From IMG/VR virus record IMGVR_UViG_3300006164_000041, positions 1 to 25,469 of that record: a stretch of DNA of 25,469 nt. One strand, given 5' to 3'. The stretch comes from a virus (taxonomy: Duplodnaviria > Caudoviricetes). The notes beneath the pieces are model-generated. The model was given only the letters and a program-made list of their open reading frames with translations, had not been told where the DNA came from and made no database searches. This document shows, piece after piece, positions 17,844 to 25,469 of this stretch; positions within the stretch are counted from its first letter, which is position 1; every line of letters starts with the position of its first letter. A program made the position numbers and the translations under genes.

Positions 17844-18133
17844 TATTTCGAGAATCTTTCAGCAAACCCACCTGAATAGTCCTTTATGTCTTTTATGTCT
17901 CCGCTTACTTCAAGGTCTTTAACCATTTGAGCTAACCTTTGTCTTTCAACAATAAGCTCTTTGCAGTCTGTAGCAGTTTGTTTTATAGACTGAAGCTCTG
18001 CTTTACGAGCACTACCGTTGATTTCAGGATCTACAGGTTTTTTAATCTCTTCGATCATATTATCTATAGCTGTCTCCATGCTCTTCATAAGCCTTTTAGA
18101 AGCACTGACTGTTGTGAATTTATATTTCGACAT
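17843..18133 (-). CDS. Helical protein, possible terminase small subunit
   Basis: Short coiled-coil protein upstream of terL ending GFAERFSK; the function is a positional inference. Confidence 0.45.
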   Translation of the reverse strand: MSKYKFTTVSASKRLMKSMETAIDNMIEEIKKPVDPEINGSARKAELQSIKQTATDCKELIVERQRLAQMVKDLEVSGDIKDIKDYSGGFAERFSK

Positions 18134-18716
18134 ACATTAAATCTTCTGCGCGGGTTCGGTAATATTCCGTTCCGTCTATAGTTATACGATAATCTCTGTT
18201 TTGCTTAAACCCTACAATATCTCCTGGGAGAACACCCATCTCGTCAGCTTCTGAACATGTGTATACGACCTCTGCTTTTGTAGGTAGTTTTTCTTGCAGG
18301 TCTACTATTTCTATAATATCCGATTGAAGAGTCAGCTCCTCTTGCTCAACTGATTTCAGTAAACACCACCCCGTAAGACAACGTATCTTTCCGTCTTTTT
18401 TGCTCTTGTATGCTATAGCTTGATTGCTAATTGCGTGAACTGGGTCATAGTTTACTATATACGTGTTGTCCTCTTCTGTGAATATCTGACCGTTGTTATC
18501 TCCACCAAGAACTACTAGATGATGAAAGTATAATGTATCTCCTATTTCTACACCTGTTTCGTATTTAAAAGGTACACAAACTACTGGGCCTTCTGTTGTC
18601 CTGTTTTTAAAGTCGTCGAACCTAGCGTCTATATATAACTCAAATCCTGTATCAGAAGTTATAGTGTCTTTAAGCCTATCCTCTAGCTTAACAACAAATA
18701 AATTAAAGGTTTTCAT
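18120..18716 (-). CDS. Tandem GroES/Cpn10-like co-chaperonin
   Basis: Two units: GPVVCVP...VEIGDTLYF and AEVVY...GVLPGDIVGF...ITIDGTEYYRTRAEDL. Confidence 0.7.
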   Translation of the reverse strand: MKTFNLFVVKLEDRLKDTITSDTGFELYIDARFDDFKNRTTEGPVVCVPFKYETGVEIGDTLYFHHLVVLGGDNNGQIFTEEDNTYIVNYDPVHAISNQAIAYKSKKDGKIRCLTGWCLLKSVEQEELTLQSDIIEIVDLQEKLPTKAEVVYTCSEADEMGVLPGDIVGFKQNRDYRITIDGTEYYRTRAEDLMYVEI

Positions 18717-18719
18717 GTG

Positions 18720-18959
18720 TTAAAAGTTACAGTCAAACTCTAACATACACGGCATTCCGTCTATAGCTTTCCATAAGGTCTGAAGGCCTTCTTCGTCTTT
18801 CATGTATACAAGATATCTATTTTTGCTGTATTTAGCTAAGTATCTTTCATCTTGAACTATAGTGCTAACCTTACCCGCACCAGCTCTCATTCCAATATAA
18901 TAAGCCATACCGTCTTTAGGGTCTTTACCTATTACAATTTTTCTAATAATTCCTTCCAT
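18720..18959 (-). CDS. Hypothetical protein
   Basis: 79-aa ORF tightly packed in the operon. Confidence 0.75.
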   Translation of the reverse strand: MEGIIRKIVIGKDPKDGMAYYIGMRAGAGKVSTIVQDERYLAKYSKNRYLVYMKDEEGLQTLWKAIDGMPCMLEFDCNF

Positions 18960-18960
18960 T

Positions 18961-19293
18961 TTATTCAGTTTCTATTCCTAAGTCGTCTAAAAAATTATCT
19001 AAATCTTCTTCAAACCCTTCAAAATTATCTTCTTGATCTTCTTGATCTTCTTTGTCTTCTAATTCTTCTACAAATGTAGTACTTACAAAGTCTAACATTT
19101 CGGTCAACTCAAAAAAACTATCTAAATGATAACTGTATATAGCATTCATTTTTAAATCCCCGTATTCATCCTCCTCCATAAAGCCTGAAACCAATATAGA
19201 CATAAATCTATCTCTCATATTGTACTTGTCTACAACTTTATCCATTTCTATGGCTAATTTTTGTATCTCTAATAAAAAAGCTATATCTTTCAT
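18961..19293 (-). CDS. Highly acidic hypothetical protein
   Basis: D/E-rich C-terminus EELEDKEDQEDQEDNFEGFEEDLD. Confidence 0.75.
   Translation of the reverse strand: MKDIAFLLEIQKLAIEMDKVVDKYNMRDRFMSILVSGFMEEDEYGDLKMNAIYSYHLDSFFELTEMLDFVSTTFVEELEDKEDQEDQEDNFEGFEEDLDNFLDDLGIETE
19261..19291 (+). promoter_or_regulatory. Near-consensus Bacteroidota promoter for the lone + strand gene
   Basis: TTG-N20-TATCTTTC (one mismatch to TAnnTTTG) within the start of the opposite-strand gene. Confidence 0.4.
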
Positions 19294-19310
19294 AATATAC
19301 TATAGATTAA

Positions 19311-19733
19311 ATGCCTAAAAGTAAAGTGCCTAAAAAAAGGCTGTTTAGAGAGTTCTCTCCGCAAGATAAGAAATATATTCGCAGAAATTATCTAAAGAAA
19401 CTAAAGACTGTAAAACATTTTGTTAATAAAGAATATGACATAAAATTCGCTTCTGTAGAGTTTTTGCTGTGGGGGTATGACCTTCAGTTCTTTACAATAA
19501 AATATGCTTCGAAAAGCCTTCTTATGAACAAGAATAATACTCAAAACAGGTTTATATATCCGTTGGTAAATAAAGGATATCTATATAAACATTTTGATAA
19601 ACTAACTCCTTCTCAGAGTTTTGAAGACCACTTATTCAGAGAGGAGACTAAGTTTAATTACCGAGTAAGGTATGCTTTAACTCAGAAAGCTAGGCTACTT
19701 GTTCAAAGAGTTTATAGGGATCTTGAAGATTAA
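19311..19733 (+). CDS. Winged-helix (MarR-like) putative regulator
   Basis: IYPLVNKGYLYK...RVRYALTQKARLLV matches the MarR-type helix/wing signature. Confidence 0.6.
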   Translation: MPKSKVPKKRLFREFSPQDKKYIRRNYLKKLKTVKHFVNKEYDIKFASVEFLLWGYDLQFFTIKYASKSLLMNKNNTQNRFIYPLVNKGYLYKHFDKLTPSQSFEDHLFREETKFNYRVRYALTQKARLLVQRVYRDLED

Positions 19734-20221
19734 ATAGATAAAGGGTCTAAGACTAGAGCTTTGGAAAAGTCTCTGTATGTTATAATTACATCTCCTTCTG
19801 AAAGGGCTTCTGCTATTTCTTGGTACACTCTATAATATGCGCGTGTCGAACTTCCAATAAAACCGTCTTTTTTTACGTTGTTGTTTTCTTGCGAATCACC
19901 CAGTAGTAAACAACCTGCAGTGTCCTCATCAGTATTACCGCAATGAATAAGAATATGAGTAAAATTAGGGACGTTAAGGATTTCAAGCATTCCAACATGT
20001 ATGTCAGCAAACCTGTGAGCGTATTTGGCGTCAAAACCACCCACAGTTCGAAAACCGAGACAATACTCTCCTTCAGGTATACAAGTTTCTTTATAAACCT
20101 TTTTGGTGCGGCTCTCATCTTCGAGAGTATAACATAAAAATTTTCTTTCATTTGTTACGTCAAATAGTATTCCGTTAGTCGAGTCCTTTCCTTTGTTGAA
20201 CCTTATTACTTCTAGTCTCAT
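19730..20221 (-). CDS. DUF5675 / YkuD-like L,D-peptidase, candidate endolysin
   Basis: CYTLE, CIPEGEY and ILIHCGNTDEDTAGCLLLG (His...Cys catalytic motif). Confidence 0.75.
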   Translation of the reverse strand: MRLEVIRFNKGKDSTNGILFDVTNERKFLCYTLEDESRTKKVYKETCIPEGEYCLGFRTVGGFDAKYAHRFADIHVGMLEILNVPNFTHILIHCGNTDEDTAGCLLLGDSQENNNVKKDGFIGSSTRAYYRVYQEIAEALSEGDVIITYRDFSKALVLDPLSI

Positions 20222-20306
20222 TTTTAATTTTATTTAGTCTAGTTTTCTCGGCTTCTTTTGCAGCGTCTCTTCTTTTACGTACAGGGTTGAAATAGAACTT
20301 TTTCAA
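20175..20306 (-). CDS. Possible small basic protein (43 aa, TTG start, KKFYFNPVRKRR...)
   Basis: Hand-translated ORF filling the gap between neighbours. Confidence 0.35.
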   Translation of the reverse strand: MKKFYFNPVRKRRDAAKEAEKTRLNKIKNETRSNKVQQRKGLD

Positions 20307-20582
20307 TCAACCAAATTGTCCACAGCTCCCGCCTTCACAATGTCCTTCTTGTTTCTGCTGAAAACCTTTTTTTATTTTTACTTTATTTCTTTTGCCTTTT
20401 TGTTTTTTACTCCTCATCATAAGTATATATGCGTCTAATCCAGCTTGTCCGCGATTCCTGAACCTAGCAGGGATCATACCTTCTTCATCTTCTTTTTCTT
20501 GTTTTCTTTTTTCCCTTCTAGTTTGCTCTTCTGGAATATCCCAGTGCATACCACCATGCTCATATCTTTTTATAGGTTTCAT
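20307..20582 (-). CDS. Small basic protein with N-terminal YEHGG motif
   Basis: MKPIKRYEHGGMHW; TAATG-coupled to the upstream gene. Confidence 0.7.
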   Translation of the reverse strand: MKPIKRYEHGGMHWDIPEEQTRREKRKQEKEDEEGMIPARFRNRGQAGLDAYILMMRSKKQKGKRNKVKIKKGFQQKQEGHCEGGSCGQFG

Positions 20583-21043
20583 TATGAAGCTATAAAAATC
20601 TCCATTGTAACGGCATTAGTTCCTGGGTCTACAAGTATACTTTCTAAATCAGTTAAAGCTGTAACAATATCAGCGTTTGCATCAGATACAGATATACCGT
20701 CATGAACAGCGCCCATGATGTAAGATGTTCCCGCAGCTAACAATATAGTAGCAGACATATTTTCCGTTCCATTTTCACCCCCTGAAACTTGTAAGGAAAG
20801 GTTTACTGGTTGGGCACCAAGATTTGTTACTCTTAAATACTTTGCATCTTCTAAATCTAAAGCGTTATCGGTAGTGCTTGTTAAAGTCTGGAATGTAGCT
20901 ATAGTAGTATCTGAGGACGCTGGACAAGTAACTATCCTATGATAAACTTGAGTAACAGAAGATACAGCAAGAGTGTTTGTAGAACCCCTGTCAGCACCAT
21001 TGAGTGTTAACTCTTCAGTTATAGTGACGTTTAAAGTAGCCAT
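20582..21043 (-). CDS. Putative beta-rich virion structural protein
   Basis: Thr/Ser/Ala/Val-rich with almost no Lys; YLRVTNLG strand; late-block location. Confidence 0.6.
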   Translation of the reverse strand: MATLNVTITEELTLNGADRGSTNTLAVSSVTQVYHRIVTCPASSDTTIATFQTLTSTTDNALDLEDAKYLRVTNLGAQPVNLSLQVSGGENGTENMSATILLAAGTSYIMGAVHDGISVSDANADIVTALTDLESILVDPGTNAVTMEIFIAS

Positions 21044-21046
21044 GTA

Positions 21047-21322
21047 TTATTGCATCTGCATAGGAGAAGGAGGTATATTCATACCAACACTTTCCCCGCT
21101 ATTGTTTAGCATTTTCTCTTTAATCTCCCCAACAGTTACTTCATCTGGAATACCAAACGAATCTAACATCTCCAACAACATACTCACTTCTGGTGATGAT
21201 CCTCCTTGAGATTCTCTTTGCATTTGACCTTGCATTTGACCACCCATGTTGTATTGTGGCACTTGGCCTCCAACTAAATATTTTGGTGATTGACCACCCA
21301 TGTTGTATTTTTTAATCTGCAT
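21047..21322 (-). CDS. Small protein with three tandem YxxGG motifs
   Basis: KYNMGGQSP-KYLVGGQVP-QYNMGGQMQ. Confidence 0.7.
   Translation of the reverse strand: MQIKKYNMGGQSPKYLVGGQVPQYNMGGQMQGQMQRESQGGSSPEVSMLLEMLDSFGIPDEVTVGEIKEKMLNNSGESVGMNIPPSPMQMQ
21236..21309. repeat. 27-nt-period coding repeat with a perfect 20-nt direct repeat
   Basis: TTGACCACCCATGTTGTATT at 21236-21255 and 21290-21309 (54 nt apart). Confidence 0.85.
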
Positions 21323-21338
21323 AACTTTTTATTTTTTA

Positions 21339-21346
21339 CAAATATA
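21339..21346 (-). promoter_or_regulatory. TAnnTTTG (-7) promoter element
   Basis: TATATTTG on the minus strand, identical to the element before portal, 16 nt upstream of ATG 21322. Confidence 0.5.
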
Positions 21347-21351
21347 AGGTA

Positions 21352-21504
21352 TTATGAACCACACCCTTCGCACTCATGCGGAGACTCTATATTGCAAGTT
21401 GTCTCTCCAGACTTTATTTTATCCTCTTGTTTTTTTAACTTTTCTGGGTTAAGGAAAGAAGGTTGATCGAACTCTTCGTTAGGGTTGTTAGTTTTGTTAT
21501 TCAT
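21352..21504 (-). CDS. 50-aa peptide ending CNIESPHECEGCGS
   Basis: Hand-translated ORF missed by the track; fills the gap exactly. Confidence 0.7.
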   Translation of the reverse strand: MNNKTNNPNEEFDQPSFLNPEKLKKQEDKIKSGETTCNIESPHECEGCGS

Positions 21505-21508
21505 TTAG

Positions 21509-22147
21509 TTAAAAGTCTTTATGGATAAATTGCATGGTGTTTTCATCTGGAAACATAGGTAGGAAAAACGAATTCGAAGGTTTATCTTTAGGTTCAGGGT
21601 CTGGCATATTTTCTTGAGTGTGCTTAAAGGACGCTCGTCTCGTCTCTTTATCCTCATCCTTCCCCCTCCAATGACCGTCAAGCCATTGATTATCCCACTG
21701 AGACTTATCAGTCAATATAGTAGCTATGGAAGTACTTGGAGATTTTGCAATATTAGCCGTAAACAGAAGATCTTGTATCTCTGGGGAAACCTTATCCATG
21801 TTCTTAAAATCCTCGTTAGTTAGTTCAGGAATACTGTAGCCTCTATCGGTAGCTATAGTTTTTAATCTATTATAAGCTGTTTTAGCTGATTCTTCGTCAA
21901 ATTGATATCTCCCTTTTCCTGGACCTCCTCCTATTTGACTAGCGGAATAAGCCCCAATACCACCTTCATGAGTACCTACTAAATCCCTAAATTCAGAGAA
22001 TTCAAAAATAGGAGAATCTACACTAGAGGATAATATGCTGTCTAATTTAGCTGTGTTAAGATCTCCATGAGGATGTCCAGGACCTTTCCCTCCGTTATGG
22101 AACTTCCTCACCCTCATACCTGGAATAGTTCTTCTATTTATATTCAT
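21509..22147 (-). CDS. Lysozyme-fold (muramidase-like) putative virion protein
   Basis: Helix-end Glu (GTHEGG), GPGKGRYQF and SPEIQD motifs; N-terminal KFHNGG. Confidence 0.65.
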   Translation of the reverse strand: MNINRRTIPGMRVRKFHNGGKGPGHPHGDLNTAKLDSILSSSVDSPIFEFSEFRDLVGTHEGGIGAYSASQIGGGPGKGRYQFDEESAKTAYNRLKTIATDRGYSIPELTNEDFKNMDKVSPEIQDLLFTANIAKSPSTSIATILTDKSQWDNQWLDGHWRGKDEDKETRRASFKHTQENMPDPEPKDKPSNSFFLPMFPDENTMQFIHKDF

Positions 22148-25100
22148 CTTATAGACTTAAGGATTAAATCCCTTTGTTCTTTAGTAAACTTATTACTCAT
22201 AAACTTCATTAAACCTCTCATATTATTAGTAGGGGAAGGTATATTTTTCAATTGAGAAAGTATTTCCTCAAACGAAGCGTTAAAGTTAACTCCTTTTTCT
22301 TTTGCTGCATTTACACCTGTGTCTAATACCGCCTCAAACTCTTCCCCTTTACCTAAAACATACTGACCAGCAGGATTGAACGATCTATCGTCAACCATAT
22401 TTCTCCCGCTAGTAAGCTCTCTATATGCTTTTCTCTTTGATGGGTCTTGTATCCTAGCGCTCCTTTCATCATTCATTCTTTTAGCTAAGCGTTGTAAAGG
22501 ACCATATTGTGTTGCATGTACCTGTTCGTGCTTAAGTGTATCTGGATCATCCTTATACATAACGATCTCTTTCTCTCTAGGATCGTACTCCCCTTGCATC
22601 ATAGGGCTGTCAGCCCCGTAACTAGCAAGCATTTCTAATACCTCCTGGCTACTAGCATCTCTAACAGGTGTTTTCTCTATTCTACGATCAGCCCTTCTTT
22701 GTCTTAGTTTTTTAAAAATACCCCCACCGTCTTGATATTTTTTTACAAGCTTATTTAATAACCCCCCTTTTTTATATGTCTTAATCTCTAAAGGTTTAGA
22801 TGGGTCTGTTTGGAAGAACTTTTCTGGGACTACGACACGGTTGTATGTATTACCAAACTCATCCGTAAAGGGAATAGCATCTGTACCAAATGTGCTTTTA
22901 AATAATTTAGGGGTATTTCTGTAGTCTTCGGTTAAAGAATAGAACTCTGCCATCTTCTTTTTCTGTTCGTCTGTAGGGTTCTCCCCACCTATATCTTTAA
23001 TATCAAAAGGGCGAGATTTTATATTATCTATTTTCTTTTGACTTGCTTTATACTTTATTATATTCTCTTGTGCTTTTTTAGCATCTAAAGATTTAATCTT
23101 TTTAATCTCAATTAAGTAGTTCTTTTTTAGATCATTTACTTTTTTTGAAAAAGTCAACGGTTTTATACCACTATCGTATTCTACTGCCATTGCCTGTTTA
23201 AGGTCTAAGTACATATCCTCAAAATCCGCACCTTTATTTAATTTATAAAACACACCTATAGCAACGGGGTTGTTCTTTTCAATACTATTAATTAATAGAT
23301 CGTAAATTACCTCTTTTTCTTTAATTGTATTTTTTATTAACGCCTCTACACCAACTCTGGACTCGACGTTATTAATAGCTTGAATTCTTTCGTTTGTCCC
23401 ATCAAGCGAATATGAACTTATACGTGGGAAATTAGTATCATAAAGCTTAACTATGTCAGATTGTTCCTCATATAAAGGATCTAACTTAACATCATTAGGT
23501 TTTGTCCACCCCTCAATAGTAAATACCGTTTCCGCTGTAGGTACGTCTAAATACTTCTTACCTTGTCTCGCAGCATCTAAAAGAGACTCGTTTAAAAACT
23601 TAAGTGAGAGGCCTTCTGCAGCGGCTTCTACCTCCTTAAAACTAGGTGTTTTCATAGCTTGCTTTCGATGGTCTAATGCTATTTTTAAACCTTTCTCCAT
23701 TTTTGCTAAAGTATCTTCATAACCTAATTCGTTTCCTTTATAATCTCTCTTTAGGTTTTTTATTTGATGTTTAAATATTTTAATCTGCTTATCTACACTA
23801 AGCATTACATCTGGATCCCCATCAAAGACACTCCCACTTATTTGCTCAGGATAATAATCTGCAGCCTCTTTAGATCCTGGAAGGACATTTGAAGGAATTT
23901 TTAACTTCCCTACATCCGTTTGCCACTCTAGGATTCTTAATGAGTTTTCATAAGGGAAACTTCTTATCCAGAAGCTATGAGGAGTATCTGGGAAGTGACT
24001 CTCCCCTTCTTTTGTTAACCCTAAAGAAGCATCTTTATAAAGATTAGTTTTTGTGGTTATATTATACTTCCACTTTCTATACTCTGACAACTCTGGGATC
24101 CCTACATTAGAATATACATTTGTAGGTATAATATCAGCAGAACGTATATCTAAAGCTAAAGACTGTTTAAAATTTTCATACGGGATCCTCTTGCCTTCAA
24201 ATTCACCTAAAACATCTTTAACAGCTGTAGCTTCACTAGTTCTAGTGTTTTTATTCTTTACTAACTGTTCTAATGCAGATCTAGCTATAGTCCCGTCTTT
24301 AGGTGAAACCTGCTTCTCTATCTTACTACCCGTCATAAACGATGGGTATTGGTATACACCAGTATTATCGACACCAAAACCGAGTTCGCTTTGTATATCT
24401 TTAGCTCTTTTTAGAGCATTTTTAAAATTGTTTAATTGGGAGGTATAGTTATTAATATCTGCTGCTCGATCACCCCAGGTGTCATAATGAGCTTCGCTTA
24501 TTCCTTTCTCTAAACTTACAATGTTGTTTTTAATAAAATCAATCTGTTTATTTAGCGTCTTCATGCCCGTTTTATCAGAACCACCATAGAGTTGAGATAC
24601 TTCTTTACTAAAAGGGATTGATGAAGTAGATGTGGTTTGAGCCACATTACTCTCCTCGTACGCATTCACAGGTTCGTATTTCTTATTTTTTACTTTAGGT
24701 TTTTTGCCAGCTAGTTGTTGTAAAGGGTCCTGAGAAGCTGCTGGTTCAGTAATAGACGATATAAGCTTAGGGTTTGCCTCTTCAGCAAGATTAAACCACT
24801 CTTGTTCTGCCTGAGTCATCTTTCTCCAGTCCTTTGCCGTATCATCCCATAGGAAAGTACCCTCTCCAGCCGCCCCTCTTTTAAATCTAGCTAATGTTTT
24901 AGCTTCTTGAAAGGCTTTTATTGAAGCTGGGATACCTTTTCTAAGCATACTTATAGCTGGAACACCCATTAATGCATCCCATGTTACATGAAGGGCTTGA
25001 CCAGGAGAAGGGTTCTCTATAAACTCCCCTATAGCTTCTGGCGTCTCTGTAATCATATGATTAAGCCCCATAGCACTCAAGACATGATGCCCCGTTAAGC

Positions 25101-25469
25101 CTTTTAAACCTGGTATAGCCCAAGTCATAGGGGTATATAAAGTATTAAATCCGCTCCCTATTAACCCTAATCCACCAGGTGCAGCTGCAACGGCAGGTAC
25201 AAGAGAGGCTAGAGTTGTTCTCCAATCACTTGTAACATTAGATCCGCCGCCTGGAAAGCCATACATCTCCATAGAAGCCCTTTCTGATCCACTTAATTCT
25301 CTGTCAAACCCGTAATTAGGCTTAGGTATTAAGTCTATTTTCTTCTCTTCAGGTAGGACTGGTGCAGTGTATCCTGATGGTTGAGTACTCTCAGATACTA
25401 AGCTAGATAACACCTCTTTATCCTTAGGATCTGCACTTCCAAATGCATTTAGCATCTTAAGCAAGTCAT
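22144..25469 (-). CDS. Large multidomain putative virion cargo protein with C-terminal zincin domain (5'-truncated)
   Basis: Frame is open to the window edge; hydrophobic Gly/Ala N-terminal segments; SHF...R...ILEWQTD core; double YxxGG; HEQVH. Confidence 0.7.
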   Translation of the reverse strand, partial: DLLKMLNAFGSADPKDKEVLSSLVSESTQPSGYTAPVLPEEKKIDLIPKPNYGFDRELSGSERASMEMYGFPGGGSNVTSDWRTTLASLVPAVAAAPGGLGLIGSGFNTLYTPMTWAIPGLKGLTGHHVLSAMGLNHMITETPEAIGEFIENPSPGQALHVTWDALMGVPAISMLRKGIPASIKAFQEAKTLARFKRGAAGEGTFLWDDTAKDWRKMTQAEQEWFNLAEEANPKLISSITEPAASQDPLQQLAGKKPKVKNKKYEPVNAYEESNVAQTTSTSSIPFSKEVSQLYGGSDKTGMKTLNKQIDFIKNNIVSLEKGISEAHYDTWGDRAADINNYTSQLNNFKNALKRAKDIQSELGFGVDNTGVYQYPSFMTGSKIEKQVSPKDGTIARSALEQLVKNKNTRTSEATAVKDVLGEFEGKRIPYENFKQSLALDIRSADIIPTNVYSNVGIPELSEYRKWKYNITTKTNLYKDASLGLTKEGESHFPDTPHSFWIRSFPYENSLRILEWQTDVGKLKIPSNVLPGSKEAADYYPEQISGSVFDGDPDVMLSVDKQIKIFKHQIKNLKRDYKGNELGYEDTLAKMEKGLKIALDHRKQAMKTPSFKEVEAAAEGLSLKFLNESLLDAARQGKKYLDVPTAETVFTIEGWTKPNDVKLDPLYEEQSDIVKLYDTNFPRISSYSLDGTNERIQAINNVESRVGVEALIKNTIKEKEVIYDLLINSIEKNNPVAIGVFYKLNKGADFEDMYLDLKQAMAVEYDSGIKPLTFSKKVNDLKKNYLIEIKKIKSLDAKKAQENIIKYKASQKKIDNIKSRPFDIKDIGGENPTDEQKKKMAEFYSLTEDYRNTPKLFKSTFGTDAIPFTDEFGNTYNRVVVPEKFFQTDPSKPLEIKTYKKGGLLNKLVKKYQDGGGIFKKLRQRRADRRIEKTPVRDASSQEVLEMLASYGADSPMMQGEYDPREKEIVMYKDDPDTLKHEQVHATQYGPLQRLAKRMNDERSARIQDPSKRKAYRELTSGRNMVDDRSFNPAGQYVLGKGEEFEAVLDTGVNAAKEKGVNFNASFEEILSQLKNIPSPTNNMRGLMKFMSNKFTKEQRDLILKSIR

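Larger units (their letters stand above)
1..25469. mobile_element. Tailed bacteriophage genome fragment, probable Bacteroidota host
   Basis: Terminase, portal, primase-helicase, recombination genes, dense small ORFs, no cellular housekeeping genes; Bacteroidota-type promoter motifs. Confidence 0.93.

Noticed and set aside
20175-20582. TGA readthrough or genetic-code reassignment (in-frame ORF directly after a TGA)
   Set aside because: Other genes end in TGA with ATGA coupling or in TAG, and long genes are uninterrupted under the standard code, so there is no sign of recoding.
1698-24448. Numerous antisense or nested ORFs in the track (e.g. 4396-4821, 8106-8372, 19873-20151, 24053-24448)
   Set aside because: They lie within well-supported longer genes and have no motifs; they are treated as shadow ORFs.
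1-25469. CRISPR array, integrase, intron/intein or DNA polymerase
   Set aside because: No regularly spaced repeat-spacer array or corresponding motifs were seen; terminase and helicase appear uninterrupted.

Overview
This is a fragment of a tailed dsDNA phage genome, most likely infecting Bacteroidota (Flavobacteriia-like). Support: large crAss-like-sized terminase and portal genes, a BT4734/VirE-N-type primase-helicase, TAnnTTTG promoter motifs, and A-rich leaders with no Shine-Dalgarno. Positions 1-7.9 kb (+) hold small early ORFs with structured intergenic elements, then a recombination/replication module (annealing protein, PD-(D/E)XK exonuclease, SSB-like, DUF1599, primase-helicase, endonuclease I-like). 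Positions 7.9-25.5 kb (-) hold a late block: probable virion cargo proteins, a YkuD-like lysin candidate, a tandem GroES-like protein, HNH, terminase, portal and a three-gene envelope module. The strongest unexplained signal is a basic-[Y/F]-x-x-G-G motif, found nine times at termini or domain junctions of five otherwise unrelated late proteins; it may be a di-glycine processing or capsid-loading tag. Also notable are two tRNA-shaped RNAs with no usable anticodon arm, a stand-alone peptide resembling the ribonucleotide reductase C-terminal tail, and a predicted outer-membrane beta-barrel cassette. All family assignments come from reading motifs by eye; no searches were run.
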